63,936 nucleotides of DNA, filler included, from an uncultured Methanosarcinales archaeon (GCA_964385185.1; 3 parts of 3 records of this genome joined end to end with filler, not necessarily neighbours in it); one strand, 5' to 3'. Positions 1 through 9,703 are shown, counted from the whole stretch's first letter. Numbers and translations: made by a program. Notes: a model not told the origin generated them from the letters alone.

Positions 1-573
1 TAATCCTGCTTCTATTAATATTCCTCCTGCTCCGCAGAATGGGTCGAGAATTGTTCCTTCTTGGATTCCTGTTAAGTTTATCATTGCTCTTGCTAGTTGA
101 GGATGGAGTGCAGTAGGATGGTTGGATGGTCTCTTGTGTGCTTTTCTTTCGTCGTAGTCGTATGGTATGGTGTAGAGTAGCTTTCCTACTATGATTTGAG
201 TTTTTACTTTGTGGAAATGGATTTCTGTTGAAGGGTTCTGGAGGTTTACTTTTGGTTTTTTTAGAAGGTGCCATATTTGAGAAGCTAAAGTTGCTTCTTT
301 TTGTCTTAAGTTAAACGCTCTTACTGCGAAGGATGAGTTGTAGATAGATTCCCATGGATAGGAAGAGATATGTTTTTTTAGATCTTTATTATTACAGGTG
401 AAAAGATGTTGATAGATAGCTTTAGTAAATGCTAGTCTTTGATGGAGATGTTTTTTATTATCTGTTATTAATAGATGGTTGTGGAGGTTGAAATCACTCG
501 TTTTTGTTAATGCTAAGACTTCTGCTTTAGCTAAGGAAAGGTTAGATTGGTTAAGAAGAAATATTTGTTTCAT
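1..573 (-). CDS. THUMP-domain tRNA guanine-N2 methyltransferase (Trm11/TrmG10-like), 3'-truncated by window edge
   Basis: Hand translation from ATG at 573 (MKQIFLLNQ...) reads open to base 1 and ends ...HPTALHPQLARAMINLTGIQEGTILDPFCGAGGILIEAGL, containing the SAM-binding DPFCGxG motif. Not in the ORF track because it has no stop. ATGA overlap with the upstream ORF. Confidence 0.85.
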   Translation of the reverse strand, partial: MKQIFLLNQSNLSLAKAEVLALTKTSDFNLHNHLLITDNKKHLHQRLAFTKAIYQHLFTCNNKDLKKHISSYPWESIYNSSFAVRAFNLRQKEATLASQIWHLLKKPKVNLQNPSTEIHFHKVKTQIIVGKLLYTIPYDYDERKAHKRPSNHPTALHPQLARAMINLTGIQEGTILDPFCGAGGILIEAGL

Positions 574-1118
574 TTACTAAATTTCTTTTGTCCTATGAAT
601 ATTAGGATTCCTAATACGAGTCCTAAGATGATTAATCTAGCGTATTGTTGGAGTCCTGACCAGTATTGCATGGTTCCGATTACTATGAGGAGTAATCCTC
701 CACCCATTAATCCTGTTCCTATTGCATTTACTTTTGCAACTACTCCTATTCCTATTGCTATGATTCCTACAATTAAACTGATTATGAAAGCTGTTTTTTC
801 GAAATTGTCTCTTGCTTTATCGTAATCTATGTTGCATGTAGAGCATTCTATTGCTTCTTGGCAGCCTAGATCGTTTGTTTTGTATATTACTTGCCCTTTC
901 ATTTCTTGACAGGTGTTTTCTATTCCTGCATTTTGGATCATGGTGTCTTTACAGTCTAATTCTTCTATGAATAATTTTTCTGGTCTTGGATATTGTTCTC
1001 TTGAGCAGAATTGGTCCCATTCAGGTTCATTTAGCATAATTGATTCTGCTTGGATTATGAAAATTGTGAATACTATTGCAATTGCAGTTGATAGAATTCC
1101 TTTCTTCCAGTTTGTCAT
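570..1118 (-). CDS. Hypothetical membrane protein (about 4 TM, Cys-containing extracellular loop)
   Basis: 182-aa ORF with an N-terminal hydrophobic helix, a loop with several Cys and three C-terminal hydrophobic segments. TATA-like box about 25 nt upstream. Confidence 0.7.
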   Translation of the reverse strand: MTNWKKGILSTAIAIVFTIFIIQAESIMLNEPEWDQFCSREQYPRPEKLFIEELDCKDTMIQNAGIENTCQEMKGQVIYKTNDLGCQEAIECSTCNIDYDKARDNFEKTAFIISLIVGIIAIGIGVVAKVNAIGTGLMGGGLLLIVIGTMQYWSGLQQYARLIILGLVLGILIFIGQKKFSK

Positions 1119-1197
1119 AAGATAGTTTTAATGTTACTCCTTTATAGGTTTTTCTATAACTTTTTTGGAAATTAGAGGAGATTGGGATAATTTTATG

Positions 1198-1238
1198 GCA
1201 TCATCACCACTGGTGCCCACAGGGCACAGTGATGATGC
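1198..1238 (+). repeat. REP-like palindrome, copy 1
   Basis: GCATCATCACCACTGG-TGCCC-ACA-GGGCA-CAGTGATGATGC, intergenic. Confidence 0.75.
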
Positions 1239-1266
1239 ACTGTTTGAAAATGTGATTCATTTCAGT

Positions 1267-1308
1267 CACCACTACTGTTGCCTGTGGCAACCAGTAGTAG
1301 TGGTGCTA
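1267..1308 (-). repeat. REP-like palindrome, copy 2 (inverted relative to copy 1)
   Basis: Reverse complement reads TAGCACCACTACTACTGG-TTGCC-ACA-GGCAA-CAGTAGTGGTG. Confidence 0.75.
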
Positions 1309-1403
1309 TAGGGAAATCTCCCTTAGTTTTTTGCAAAAGATTCTTTATTTTCAATATGGTATTTTATCGGAAAGTTTATTAAGGCAGATTCTGGAATTAG
1401 GGT

Positions 1404-1784
1404 ATGGCAGACGAGGACAATTCTGGTGGTAATGAAGGAAGTAGTGCACCACCTAAGAAAGAGACTCGTGGAAGGCCTACTAAATCTGAAGTTAGACAGA
1501 ATATGATTGAAATTCTGTTTTATATGAAAGAAGCTTATGGATATGATATTTATCGCCATTATAAAAAAATATTTGCTCCTGTTACACTTCGTCTTATTTA
1601 TTATCATCTTAAAAAAGGGATTGAGTTAGGAGAGTTTAAGATTTCTTCTGTTAAAAAAGAGCAAGGAAAGTTTTCCTGGGGTGGAGAAGTTGAGAAAAAG
1701 TATTATGCATTAGGTGATAATGCTAAGCCTAAGGATGAAATTAGAGTAAAAGAATTCTTTAGTAAATCTAGAGAAAGTTCTTAA
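1404..1784 (+). CDS. Winged-helix (PadR-like) DNA-binding protein
   Basis: AYGYDIY...TLRLIYYHLKKG...EKKYYAL pattern is PadR-like. N-terminal RGRP motif. TTTATTAA about 25 nt upstream. Confidence 0.65.
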   Translation: MADEDNSGGNEGSSAPPKKETRGRPTKSEVRQNMIEILFYMKEAYGYDIYRHYKKIFAPVTLRLIYYHLKKGIELGEFKISSVKKEQGKFSWGGEVEKKYYALGDNAKPKDEIRVKEFFSKSRESS

Positions 1785-4700
1785 AATGTTACTTCTATTC
1801 TGAATGTTGTTGAGATTTTTAAGATGTTATTAGCAGAGTCTGTGCATTGAACATGGTAGGTGTGGAAGCCTTCATCTAAGTCTATAAGTTGTTGTTCGAA
1901 GTGAAAGTCTGAAGCTTTAGTCATTGGGAAGAATCCTTCGTTTAGTTTTGTATTGTATCCGCAGACTATGTTTGATTTTGAAATAGGTTTTGCTAGAGTG
2001 ATTGCTAATATTGGATTTGGGGTAGATATGATTGCATCTTGTTGTGGAGCTATGATTATATTTTGTAGTCTTCTTGCTCTTGTAAGATTTATTGAATGGG
2101 AGATGGAGTTGGTGTTTCTTGTTTTATTGACTGTTCTCAGACAAGCTATATTGTATGTTTGATTGCCTTTGTTGGGTAATGTTGTGGAGCATTTATAGAG
2201 TCCGATGTCTATAGTGTTTGTTGTCTGGCAAGGTTGGAATTCGTGAGTCATTTCTTGATAGAGTTTTGTGCTATTTGAGAATCTGCATGTTAGTGGATCG
2301 TCTAGATGTAAGTCTAATTGAGTTGATGCTGAATCTGCATAGATGGTGGGATATTGGAGGAAATCTCCTGAAGCAGTTATGGTATTGAAGGATGTGTTGA
2401 GGTATCTTGATGGTGCTCTATTTTTTACTGAAAAGTTGGTGTGTTGTTCTAGCTTTATTCCATATGACTCAACTATTGGAGGGTTGTCTTTACATCTGAA
2501 GTGGTAGAGGGAGGAGTTTTGTGTGAACGGTAGTAGTGTTGTGCACCTATAGGATCCTCCATCGAATGGGTCTAATTGGTAGGGTGATGTGGGACAGGAT
2601 AATTGATGAGGCATGTTGTTGTATGTAGTATCTGTTGTACTATATTTACACTCGGATGGTTCATTGACGAATAGGTTGAATGAGACGTTTTGTGCTGAAG
2701 ATGAGATTGAAGACTCATTGTTTGGAGTGGAGCCTAAGAGTATAGGTGGGTTGGTATCTTTGTATGTTGTGTTCATAACGAAATGGATAAAGAACTCGTC
2801 TTCGTTGGTGTTTCCTGTTCTATCAGTACAAGAGATGAATATATAGTAGGATGATAGCTCCAATTCTCCCAGGATGGTTGTGGCTAATGCTTTTAGGAAT
2901 GAAATTTGTGAGACAAATGGTTGGAGGATGTTTAAAGCTGAAGAGATGATAGGGTTGATGATAGTTATAGGGTCAATTCCAGTAAATCTTTTGTAGATTG
3001 CAAAGTCATCTCTAAATCTGTCTTGATAGATTGCATATTGGTTTTCTAGGTCGAAAAGAATATCTGCAATTTGGGTTAACGAAGTTATGTTGAGACTGTC
3101 ATATACTTTTGAAGGGACTGCTAGACCTGGAGGTAATCTTAGTGAGATATTATGTTGTGTTTTGAACGTGGGATCTCCAAACCAGAATGAGGGGAAGAAT
3201 ATAAGATCTATTTTGGGGATGTAGTTTAATTGGCATCTTGATGGCTCAGAAGTGTTTATACGGAATTGGACTTTATCATAGGGGATAATTTCTGGGGTGA
3301 TTGTAATTCCTGGGTAGGTTGTGGTGTGTATTTTCAGGGTGTCGTCCACTGCTGTGTAGGGGTCATTAAGATATTCTCTGTCTACTTCGATCGTTGGAGG
3401 GGTAATGTCATTTTGAGTAATTGGATAGCAGGACGGAATTCCTTCAAAGGTGAGTTCGTATTGACACAGTTGTCCTAAAGATTTGCAACGGTATTCAGTG
3501 CAAGGTTTTATGGGGTCATCTGTGCATGATTGGCATTTTTGTCCTCCAAGAGGAGATTGCCAGTTTTGGCAGAAAGCATAGTCTAATACCTTTATTTCTG
3601 GATCTGGGGTGAAGGGATTTATGAAATCTGTTAAGGAGAGATCTACAAGATAATCTAGATAATTTAATCCTGCACTAAACATTATGGATAACGTGGATGC
3701 TGGATGAGGAAAGTCTCCTATAATTTGTTGTTGTTTTCTGTTTGTTGTCGTTGTTAGAGTAGCTTTACCAATTTCTCTTGGGTTTTCATTCAATCCTGGG
3801 TTTTGGGATATGATCGAAGACGGTGTTAAGACAGGATCTGTTATGAAATATCCATCCGTTGTTAAGGTGTCTTGATAGTTTCTAGAATTACCACAATCTC
3901 CCATTGCATTGCAGGTGTAGAGTGTGTCAAGTACCCATGCATTGGGGCAAGAGAATCCATCACATTCTTTGAAAGCAGTTGCGACATTACATACTTCATT
4001 TCCATTTCCTTCCCAGTGTTTAAAGCCTGGTGGAACTAAAGGAACACATTGTAGATCTGTTGCAAAGGTGTCATCCCATGAGCAATCTCGTATTTCTGTA
4101 TCTGAACAGCAGGATTCTGTTGTGCATTTAAAACAATCTTCCCATCTGTTATTTTTACAGGTAGCTTGAAGTTGGTTGTTTGATGTTGATTCTGTGCAGA
4201 ATTCCTCTCGATAATCTCTGCACGGTTCGATGACTTCTTTTCCGTTTAGACAAGAGTGTTTGTACGATCTTGATCCTACGTATGCTAATCCTCCAATCCC
4301 TGTTTGAGTGGTTAGGACGGAGTCATAAGAACACCAAGACTCACCATGGTTTCTTTTTGGTCCTGAATTGTCCTCTGTTGTAAATCGATATGTGGTATCA
4401 CAGTTGTTTGGAGTAGGTAAAGTAGTTGGGATGGATTTTGGTGCTGGGCAGGAGCATGCCTGGTTTTCTTTTAATCTGAAGTTATTATTGGTGCATTTAT
4501 TTTGGTCACCATTTTTGAAACAGGTGTTGTCAGAAGGTGAGATGCAACATCCAAAGGCGTAGTCTGTTGGAGGGAGGGAACCAATTTGAGAAACAGTTTC
4601 AGTTCCCTTTAATGCGAAGTTGAATGTTAAGTTTCTTTTGTTGGGGAGAGTTTTTGTGAGTGAGTAGGTAGTGTCTGGATATGGACGTTGTTTTTCTATA

Positions 4701-5371
4701 TTTATTGAGAGGTTGTTATTATACATCCATTCATCTTTGTTGAAAAATTCATTTTCTATTTCCTCATTTATTATTGAGATAGCCATGGAGTATAATTGGC
4801 CAAGAGGGATAGGGAGTATTTTTGCGTATGAGTCTACTTGGATTCTGTTATCTGTTTTCTCTAGTGTTAGTGGATATGATAGTTGGAATGCGATAGCTTC
4901 TGGCAGGATGTCTATGTCGAGTTTGAAGTTTCCAGGAGTTACATTGTAGCCTTCATTTTGGAATGCTTTTATGTCAATACAAGATTCAATTTCTTCAGAT
5001 GTTGCTTGGATTAATTCATATTCCATCTCTTCTCTTAGGAGTAATGTGTGAGCACAAGATTTGAATCCTGGAATGGGAACGCAAAGATAATGGTATAATT
5101 GTTGTTGATAGAGTTTGTAGTTTTCCCTGGTGTTGTTAATTGAACCTCCCAAAGATGCTAGATGAAGTATCGGTTCTATGGCTTCTCTTTCTATGCAAGA
5201 TTCCACGTATTGTTTTAGTGTTGCTTGGTCTAGAGATGAGGGGATGGCTGAAGCTTTTGCAATATTTGAGTTTGATTCTACGATGTTTTGGTTTAGGAAG
5301 ATGAATATTCCAAAGGATAGTGAGATGACTAAGGCTATGATCATAAATGAAGTTATTTGTGCCTTCTTCAT
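1781..5371 (-). CDS. Large Cys-rich surface protein with class III (prepilin-like) signal peptide and Ig-like C-terminal repeats
   Basis: N-terminus MKKAQ|ITSFMIIALVI (K-K-A/G-Q + hydrophobic stretch). Cys-rich middle and repeated T/N-EPSxCxY...FxCxD beta modules. 1196 aa. Confidence 0.75.
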   Translation of the reverse strand: MKKAQITSFMIIALVISLSFGIFIFLNQNIVESNSNIAKASAIPSSLDQATLKQYVESCIEREAIEPILHLASLGGSINNTRENYKLYQQQLYHYLCVPIPGFKSCAHTLLLREEMEYELIQATSEEIESCIDIKAFQNEGYNVTPGNFKLDIDILPEAIAFQLSYPLTLEKTDNRIQVDSYAKILPIPLGQLYSMAISIINEEIENEFFNKDEWMYNNNLSINIEKQRPYPDTTYSLTKTLPNKRNLTFNFALKGTETVSQIGSLPPTDYAFGCCISPSDNTCFKNGDQNKCTNNNFRLKENQACSCPAPKSIPTTLPTPNNCDTTYRFTTEDNSGPKRNHGESWCSYDSVLTTQTGIGGLAYVGSRSYKHSCLNGKEVIEPCRDYREEFCTESTSNNQLQATCKNNRWEDCFKCTTESCCSDTEIRDCSWDDTFATDLQCVPLVPPGFKHWEGNGNEVCNVATAFKECDGFSCPNAWVLDTLYTCNAMGDCGNSRNYQDTLTTDGYFITDPVLTPSSIISQNPGLNENPREIGKATLTTTTNRKQQQIIGDFPHPASTLSIMFSAGLNYLDYLVDLSLTDFINPFTPDPEIKVLDYAFCQNWQSPLGGQKCQSCTDDPIKPCTEYRCKSLGQLCQYELTFEGIPSCYPITQNDITPPTIEVDREYLNDPYTAVDDTLKIHTTTYPGITITPEIIPYDKVQFRINTSEPSRCQLNYIPKIDLIFFPSFWFGDPTFKTQHNISLRLPPGLAVPSKVYDSLNITSLTQIADILFDLENQYAIYQDRFRDDFAIYKRFTGIDPITIINPIISSALNILQPFVSQISFLKALATTILGELELSSYYIFISCTDRTGNTNEDEFFIHFVMNTTYKDTNPPILLGSTPNNESSISSSAQNVSFNLFVNEPSECKYSTTDTTYNNMPHQLSCPTSPYQLDPFDGGSYRCTTLLPFTQNSSLYHFRCKDNPPIVESYGIKLEQHTNFSVKNRAPSRYLNTSFNTITASGDFLQYPTIYADSASTQLDLHLDDPLTCRFSNSTKLYQEMTHEFQPCQTTNTIDIGLYKCSTTLPNKGNQTYNIACLRTVNKTRNTNSISHSINLTRARRLQNIIIAPQQDAIISTPNPILAITLAKPISKSNIVCGYNTKLNEGFFPMTKASDFHFEQQLIDLDEGFHTYHVQCTDSANNILKISTTFRIEVTF

Positions 5372-5505
5372 TTTTTAATCTCCCAACTTTTTCCATTAAA
5401 GATGAATTCAATCTTTTGTTTGTGCTTTAGTTGCATTGCTTCAGCTATGGCTTTAGGAATAGTAACCTTGACTTGTCCGTTTTTTGAGAAGAATACTTTT
5501 ACCAT
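5368..5505 (-). CDS. Small AbrB/MazE/SpoVT-like DNA-binding protein (45 aa)
   Basis: Hand translation MVKVFFSKNGQVKVTIPKAIAEAMQLKHKQKIEFIFNGKSWEIKK*. The GQxxxTIPKxI swapped-hairpin signature is present. Its TGA overlaps the ATG of 1781..5371. Confidence 0.8.
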   Translation of the reverse strand: MVKVFFSKNGQVKVTIPKAIAEAMQLKHKQKIEFIFNGKSWEIKK

Positions 5506-5523
5506 TTTTTGGAGTTTAACTTG

Positions 5524-5568
5524 TATAGGCCTATAATTAGGTTGCTTTATAGGCCTATGCTATTTAAA
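5524..5568 (-). promoter_or_regulatory. TATA box with two palindromic operator-like sites
   Basis: TTTAAATA (5561-5568, minus strand) followed by ATAGGCCTATA (5548-5558) and perfect TATAGGCCTATA (5524-5535). Confidence 0.65.
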
Positions 5569-5619
5569 TGTTTTGGTGTTGGCATAATGTTTAAATAGTT
5601 GAGGAATGGTATGGAGAGT

Positions 5620-5997
5620 ATGAAAAGTCTTTTAGTTATTGTTTTGTTGGCATGTTTGCTTGTTGTAAGTGGATGTGCAAGTTGTGGACAGCAGCAAGAG
5701 AATTGTAAATGTGATTGCCAAGGCGGAACTTGTTCTTTCAGTTGTGATGGAAGTGATGCAGGTGGATGTGGTGGCGGTCAAGGATGTAGTTGTGAAGATG
5801 CCGCTAAGAAAGGGGCAGATACTGAAGACGCTAAAAAGAGATGTGAAAGTAGGACAGCAGGTAGTCCAGAAGCTGATCCAATTCCTGCAAGTGGCTCAAG
5901 TGTCGATGAAGTAGAACCTGAGGAGCGAGAAGAAGAAGTTGTGGAAGAACCTAGTCCAGCTGGTATTACTACAGAGGGTGCTACCCAAGTAATTTAG
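5620..5997 (+). CDS. Small Cys/Gly-rich putative lipoprotein with acidic tail
   Basis: MKSLLVIVLLACLLVVSG|C lipobox-like signal, dense CxC/CxxC cluster, E-rich tail. Start moved from 5599 to ATG 5620, which lies downstream of a TTTAAATA box. Confidence 0.7.
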   Translation: MKSLLVIVLLACLLVVSGCASCGQQQENCKCDCQGGTCSFSCDGSDAGGCGGGQGCSCEDAAKKGADTEDAKKRCESRTAGSPEADPIPASGSSVDEVEPEEREEEVVEEPSPAGITTEGATQVI

Positions 5998-5998
5998 T

Positions 5999-6688
5999 TT
6001 ATTTTTTAATTAATTTCTTTAGAAAACCATGGATTGCAAATGCTTCTCTTCTTGTTAACAGTGCTTTAGCAAATATTCTCTTCCATGCTGTTTTTTGGGT
6101 GTCTTTCTTTTCTTTTGTGGAGAATTCTAGCTTGTTTAATACTTGAGTGAGATGTTTTTGGACTAATTGGAGATCTTGTTTGGATGCTGGAGTGATATTA
6201 TCTATTGATGATTCATTTGTGGAGCTTTGGTAGAGTTCGTAGAAAAGGATTGTAGCTGCTTGGCTTAGGTTAAGCGTTTGGTATTTTGGGGAAGCAGGAA
6301 TATGGCAGATAATATCTGCTTGCTGTATTTCTTCGTTTGTTAATCCGTCACCTTCTCTGCCGAATAGTAAGGCATAATCATGTTTCTTTGTTATTTTTTT
6401 TGATAGTTGGTTTGGAGTGAGGTGTGATCTTGGAAGATTATAGTCTGATCCTAATTGTGCCGTTGTTGCTATTAATAGTGGGAGACGTTTTAGGTAGGTA
6501 GGTGTTTTTACTTTCGCTTTCTTCAAGATATCTTTAGCATGCTTTGCTCTGTTTTGCGCTTCTATTGATAGGTGATCGCATTTTGGATTGATTAGGATAA
6601 GTTCAGTTAGTGCAAAGTTTTTCATTGCTCTAGCTATCGCTCCTATATTACCTGGAGTGGATGGTTCCATGAGGATTACTTTTGGCAT
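5999..6688 (-). CDS. trmJ: SPOUT tRNA 2'-O-methyltransferase (TrmJ/LasT family)
   Basis: PGNIGAIARAMKNF, LLFGREGDGLTNEE and TLNLSQA motifs. Start MPKVILMEP at 6688 with TTTATAAA about 23 nt upstream. Confidence 0.9.
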   Translation of the reverse strand: MPKVILMEPSTPGNIGAIARAMKNFALTELILINPKCDHLSIEAQNRAKHAKDILKKAKVKTPTYLKRLPLLIATTAQLGSDYNLPRSHLTPNQLSKKITKKHDYALLFGREGDGLTNEEIQQADIICHIPASPKYQTLNLSQAATILFYELYQSSTNESSIDNITPASKQDLQLVQKHLTQVLNKLEFSTKEKKDTQKTAWKRIFAKALLTRREAFAIHGFLKKLIKK

Positions 6689-6738
6689 AGATAGAATGTT
6701 AGTTGTTGGTTTATAAATATATGGCAATCTGGTCTTGT

Positions 6739-6778
6739 GATTTTCCCCCTCCCTACAAGGTAAGGGAGGGGGAAAATC
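6739..6778. terminator. Perfect 16-bp stem-loop (terminator-like)
   Basis: GATTTTCCCCCTCCCT-ACAAGGTA-AGGGAGGGGGAAAATC, downstream of the site-2 protease stop and upstream of the trmJ TATA box. Confidence 0.5.
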
Positions 6779-6812
6779 TAGTGAGGTGAAAAAACTATTG
6801 GGCCGTGGAATT

Positions 6813-7991
6813 CTAGATAAATGCAACAGCAATGTTTGCTAGAATTAAGAATAGAATAGCGTATGATATGTGTTTCCACCAGAAATTGGCTTTCTTTTCT
6901 GACATGAATTGTGTGAGGGCTGTGTGGAGCATTCTACCTCCATCAATTGGTCCCATAGGGACAAGATTGAATAATCCGATACCTAAGTTAAGGACATATA
7001 GCCAGTAGAGTAATCCTAAGAACCAGATTATTGCTTCAGTTGTAAATGATCCGTACTTGGCTATGAAGTCTGGGTTCTTCTTTGTATTTTGGATGATGGA
7101 GACTCCGAGGAATGCATTTGAAGCATTATTTGGATGTGGTGAGAGTGTGATGTCGTATGATGATTCATTAGTAGTGAGTGTGATGATGTCTTGGGGTTTT
7201 TTGTCTGCAAGACCTGTGATGAAGTCGTTTACATTGAGTATTTCTTGACCATTTATTTCTGTGATTAATTTTCCTTGTTCTAATCCTGCTTCGAGTGCTG
7301 GCGATTGTGGTTCTACGACTGAGACTATTTTGATATTATCTTCGAGCATGATATTATTTGTTAGAGATGGAAGGACCCAGATAAAAAGTGCAATGATTAC
7401 TAATGCTACTACAATATTTGAGAATGGTCCAGCGGCGAATATGGCTATCTGTTGTTTCTTTGGAAGTTTTGCTACCTGTTGTTCATCAGGTTCAACAAAT
7501 GCTGCTGGAAGGATTGGAAGTAAGATTGCCAATGCTGCAAATCCAGAGGATTTCACTTTGACATTGTATCTTCTTGCTAATACTCCATGAGAGAACTCGT
7601 GGATTACTGCTAGGAAGAATATTGAGAGGATCCAGTAGAAAAATGGCACATAGACAGCTCCTGGAGCTTTGAATGGAAGGACTAATGCTACTCCTGCAAC
7701 TGCTTCTGGTTTTGTTAAAATGTCGAATAAGTTTTTTACGAGGAAGAATGTTATTAGGAGCATTCCTAAGTATCCTATGATAATTGCTAGAGCTGCTAGA
7801 ATGTCTAATAGTCTTGAGTATTTTTTTGCCCAACGATCCATTAAGTTAAGACCTAGTTTGGTCTTGATCATGATGAAGTATAAGAATGGGAAGAATATTT
7901 TTTGGACTGTGATTCTTTTTCTTTCTAGATAGAGTATAATTGAGAATACAATTATGAATGCAATTGCTGCGATAGTTTCTACTCCAGGCAT
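6813..7991 (-). CDS. Site-2 protease (peptidase M50) with PDZ domain
   Basis: HEFSH zinc motif, AAGPFSN, SPALEAGL PDZ-like segment and NLVPMGPIDGG motif. Start MPGVETI at 7991. Confidence 0.9.
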   Translation of the reverse strand: MPGVETIAAIAFIIVFSIILYLERKRITVQKIFFPFLYFIMIKTKLGLNLMDRWAKKYSRLLDILAALAIIIGYLGMLLITFFLVKNLFDILTKPEAVAGVALVLPFKAPGAVYVPFFYWILSIFFLAVIHEFSHGVLARRYNVKVKSSGFAALAILLPILPAAFVEPDEQQVAKLPKKQQIAIFAAGPFSNIVVALVIIALFIWVLPSLTNNIMLEDNIKIVSVVEPQSPALEAGLEQGKLITEINGQEILNVNDFITGLADKKPQDIITLTTNESSYDITLSPHPNNASNAFLGVSIIQNTKKNPDFIAKYGSFTTEAIIWFLGLLYWLYVLNLGIGLFNLVPMGPIDGGRMLHTALTQFMSEKKANFWWKHISYAILFLILANIAVAFI

Positions 7992-8054
7992 TGGTGTATT
8001 TTTATGTGAGAAGTTTATATATGTATGGGTGTAGAAATGTTTTGTGAATTTAGG

Positions 8055-8093
8055 TAGCACCACCACTGGCACTCACAGAGTGCAGTGGTGCTA
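8055..8093 (+). repeat. REP-like palindrome, copy 3
   Basis: (G)TAGCACCACCACTGG-CACTC-ACA-GAGTG-CAGTGGTGCTA. Confidence 0.75.
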
Positions 8094-8143
8094 ACTGCAA
8101 ACTGAAAGGGTTTCAAGTTTTTATAATGGCAATAATAGAATTA

Positions 8144-8305
8144 CTATCTTTTTCTAAGAGGTCTTATGTTGAAGTAACCGCACTTTCGGCATTTAATCTT
8201 TCCAGCTGCAACTAATAACGGTTTAGCTTTAGTAACTGTCTTACATTTAAGACAGGCATACTTGCCTACAAACAATCTCTTATGTGCTTCTGGAAATTTT
8301 GCCAT
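8144..8305 (-). CDS. rpl40e: 50S ribosomal protein L40e
   Basis: Hand translation MAKFPEAHKRLFVGKYACLKCKTVTKAKPLLVAAGKIKCRKCGYFNIRPLRKR* (53 aa). CxxC...CRKCG zinc ribbon. Missed by the ORF track. Confidence 0.9.
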   Translation of the reverse strand: MAKFPEAHKRLFVGKYACLKCKTVTKAKPLLVAAGKIKCRKCGYFNIRPLRKR

Positions 8306-8306
8306 G

Positions 8307-8702
8307 TTATCCTTTTACTTGTTTCATTACTTTGTCGTTTAATATTTCCCAATATAAAACTGTGATACCATCGGAAAGTGTTCCTTTCATATCATCTGGG
8401 ATCTTTAAGTCGAATGTTTCGTATGTTTCTGAATCCATTACATTTGCTGTATCGCCTGTAATAGATAATACTTGAGCGTTTTTCTTTTCAATAATTGGGA
8501 TGGGAATGTTATCGTGCCCTGGCATGACAATAACTCTTTTCTTTTTGTCAATTAATCCAGCAGCTGTTAATCTTACTTTTGCGTGGCCGTGTTTTCCAGG
8601 CCGTGAAACTTGAGTATCTGTTACTTGAGAAGCGATTCCTTCAATAACCACATATGAACCTTTTTTTAAATCTCCTACGTGTCCTTGTCTTACTTCAGCC
8701 AT
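8307..8702 (-). CDS. eif5a: Translation factor aIF5A (eIF5A)
   Basis: SRPGKHGHAKVR hypusine loop, 131 aa. Confidence 0.95.
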   Translation of the reverse strand: MAEVRQGHVGDLKKGSYVVIEGIASQVTDTQVSRPGKHGHAKVRLTAAGLIDKKKRVIVMPGHDNIPIPIIEKKNAQVLSITGDTANVMDSETYETFDLKIPDDMKGTLSDGITVLYWEILNDKVMKQVKG

Positions 8703-8794
8703 GATATCACCAGTATTTTATTATTTATGTTATTAGATAGAGATGGCAGGGGTTTTATAAAGGTTACGTTTGTTTCTAGAAAATATGGTTCTTC

Positions 8795-9616
8795 TTAACT
8801 AATAAAACTAATCAGAGGGAAGACATATACTTCTACAAAGCCTGCTATGATGAGTATGGCAATTGCAACTAGGAATATGATTAATCCGTCTAACATGAGT
8901 TCTTTGAATCTGAACGATCCGTAGTGTTCTCTCACTGTGGCTTTAGAGATAATTCCTCCCGAGATTACGGCGGCGAAATAGGCAAACGCTTCTAATATCA
9001 TATGTGGAGCTACTGAGAGCATTAATAGCGCGAAGAAAACAAAAGGATTCGATTGAGATGCTGAATCTCTGGCTATCGTTGCAAATATCACTCCCCAAGC
9101 TGAAGCGTTCCATGTGATTAAAAATACTGCACCTGCTCCGTAGAGTAGGGATAATATCATGGTAACAATTACAATTTTAAGATTATGTAAGAAGATTCCC
9201 ATGAATGAAAATCCTGGACCGGATGCTTGCCCCGTTAGTCCGTAATATACACCAATTTGGTGTTGATATGCATAGTCTACAAATCTTGCTGGCATGACTA
9301 ATGAGAAAAATGAGAATACTACTAAGATTCCTAAGAAAAGATAGAGGAATACTAAGAACACATCTTTATGATCTACCCAGAGTCTCTTTGCTGTTAACTT
9401 TTCTTCTGAGGCAATTTCATTTGCTTCTAGACTGAATAATTTGTTTAATGATGGGAGAAGTGCTAGTGATGTGAAGGTTACAGCTGCAAAACTTGGATCT
9501 TCAGGGAATAGAAATAAAGCTATGACCATTCCTAGTAATGAATACGTAAGACCTAGTAGAAATGCATATTGTGGCTTTGATTCAAGAAACTTAGCCCCAT
9601 ATATCTGCTCTAACAT
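8795..9616 (-). CDS. SpoIIM-like (DUF95) integral membrane protein
   Basis: Multi-TM; IFLHNL, LITWNAS, APHMILE and AGFVE motifs. Confidence 0.75.
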   Translation of the reverse strand: MLEQIYGAKFLESKPQYAFLLGLTYSLLGMVIALFLFPEDPSFAAVTFTSLALLPSLNKLFSLEANEIASEEKLTAKRLWVDHKDVFLVFLYLFLGILVVFSFFSLVMPARFVDYAYQHQIGVYYGLTGQASGPGFSFMGIFLHNLKIVIVTMILSLLYGAGAVFLITWNASAWGVIFATIARDSASQSNPFVFFALLMLSVAPHMILEAFAYFAAVISGGIISKATVREHYGSFRFKELMLDGLIIFLVAIAILIIAGFVEVYVFPLISFIS

Positions 9617-9703
9617 AGAGATTTTAGAGATTGTGTGTATTTAAGGTTTTCTGATAGATTTTTTTATTTTGAAATTAGAATTGGGGACAAAAATAAGGCA
9701 GAT

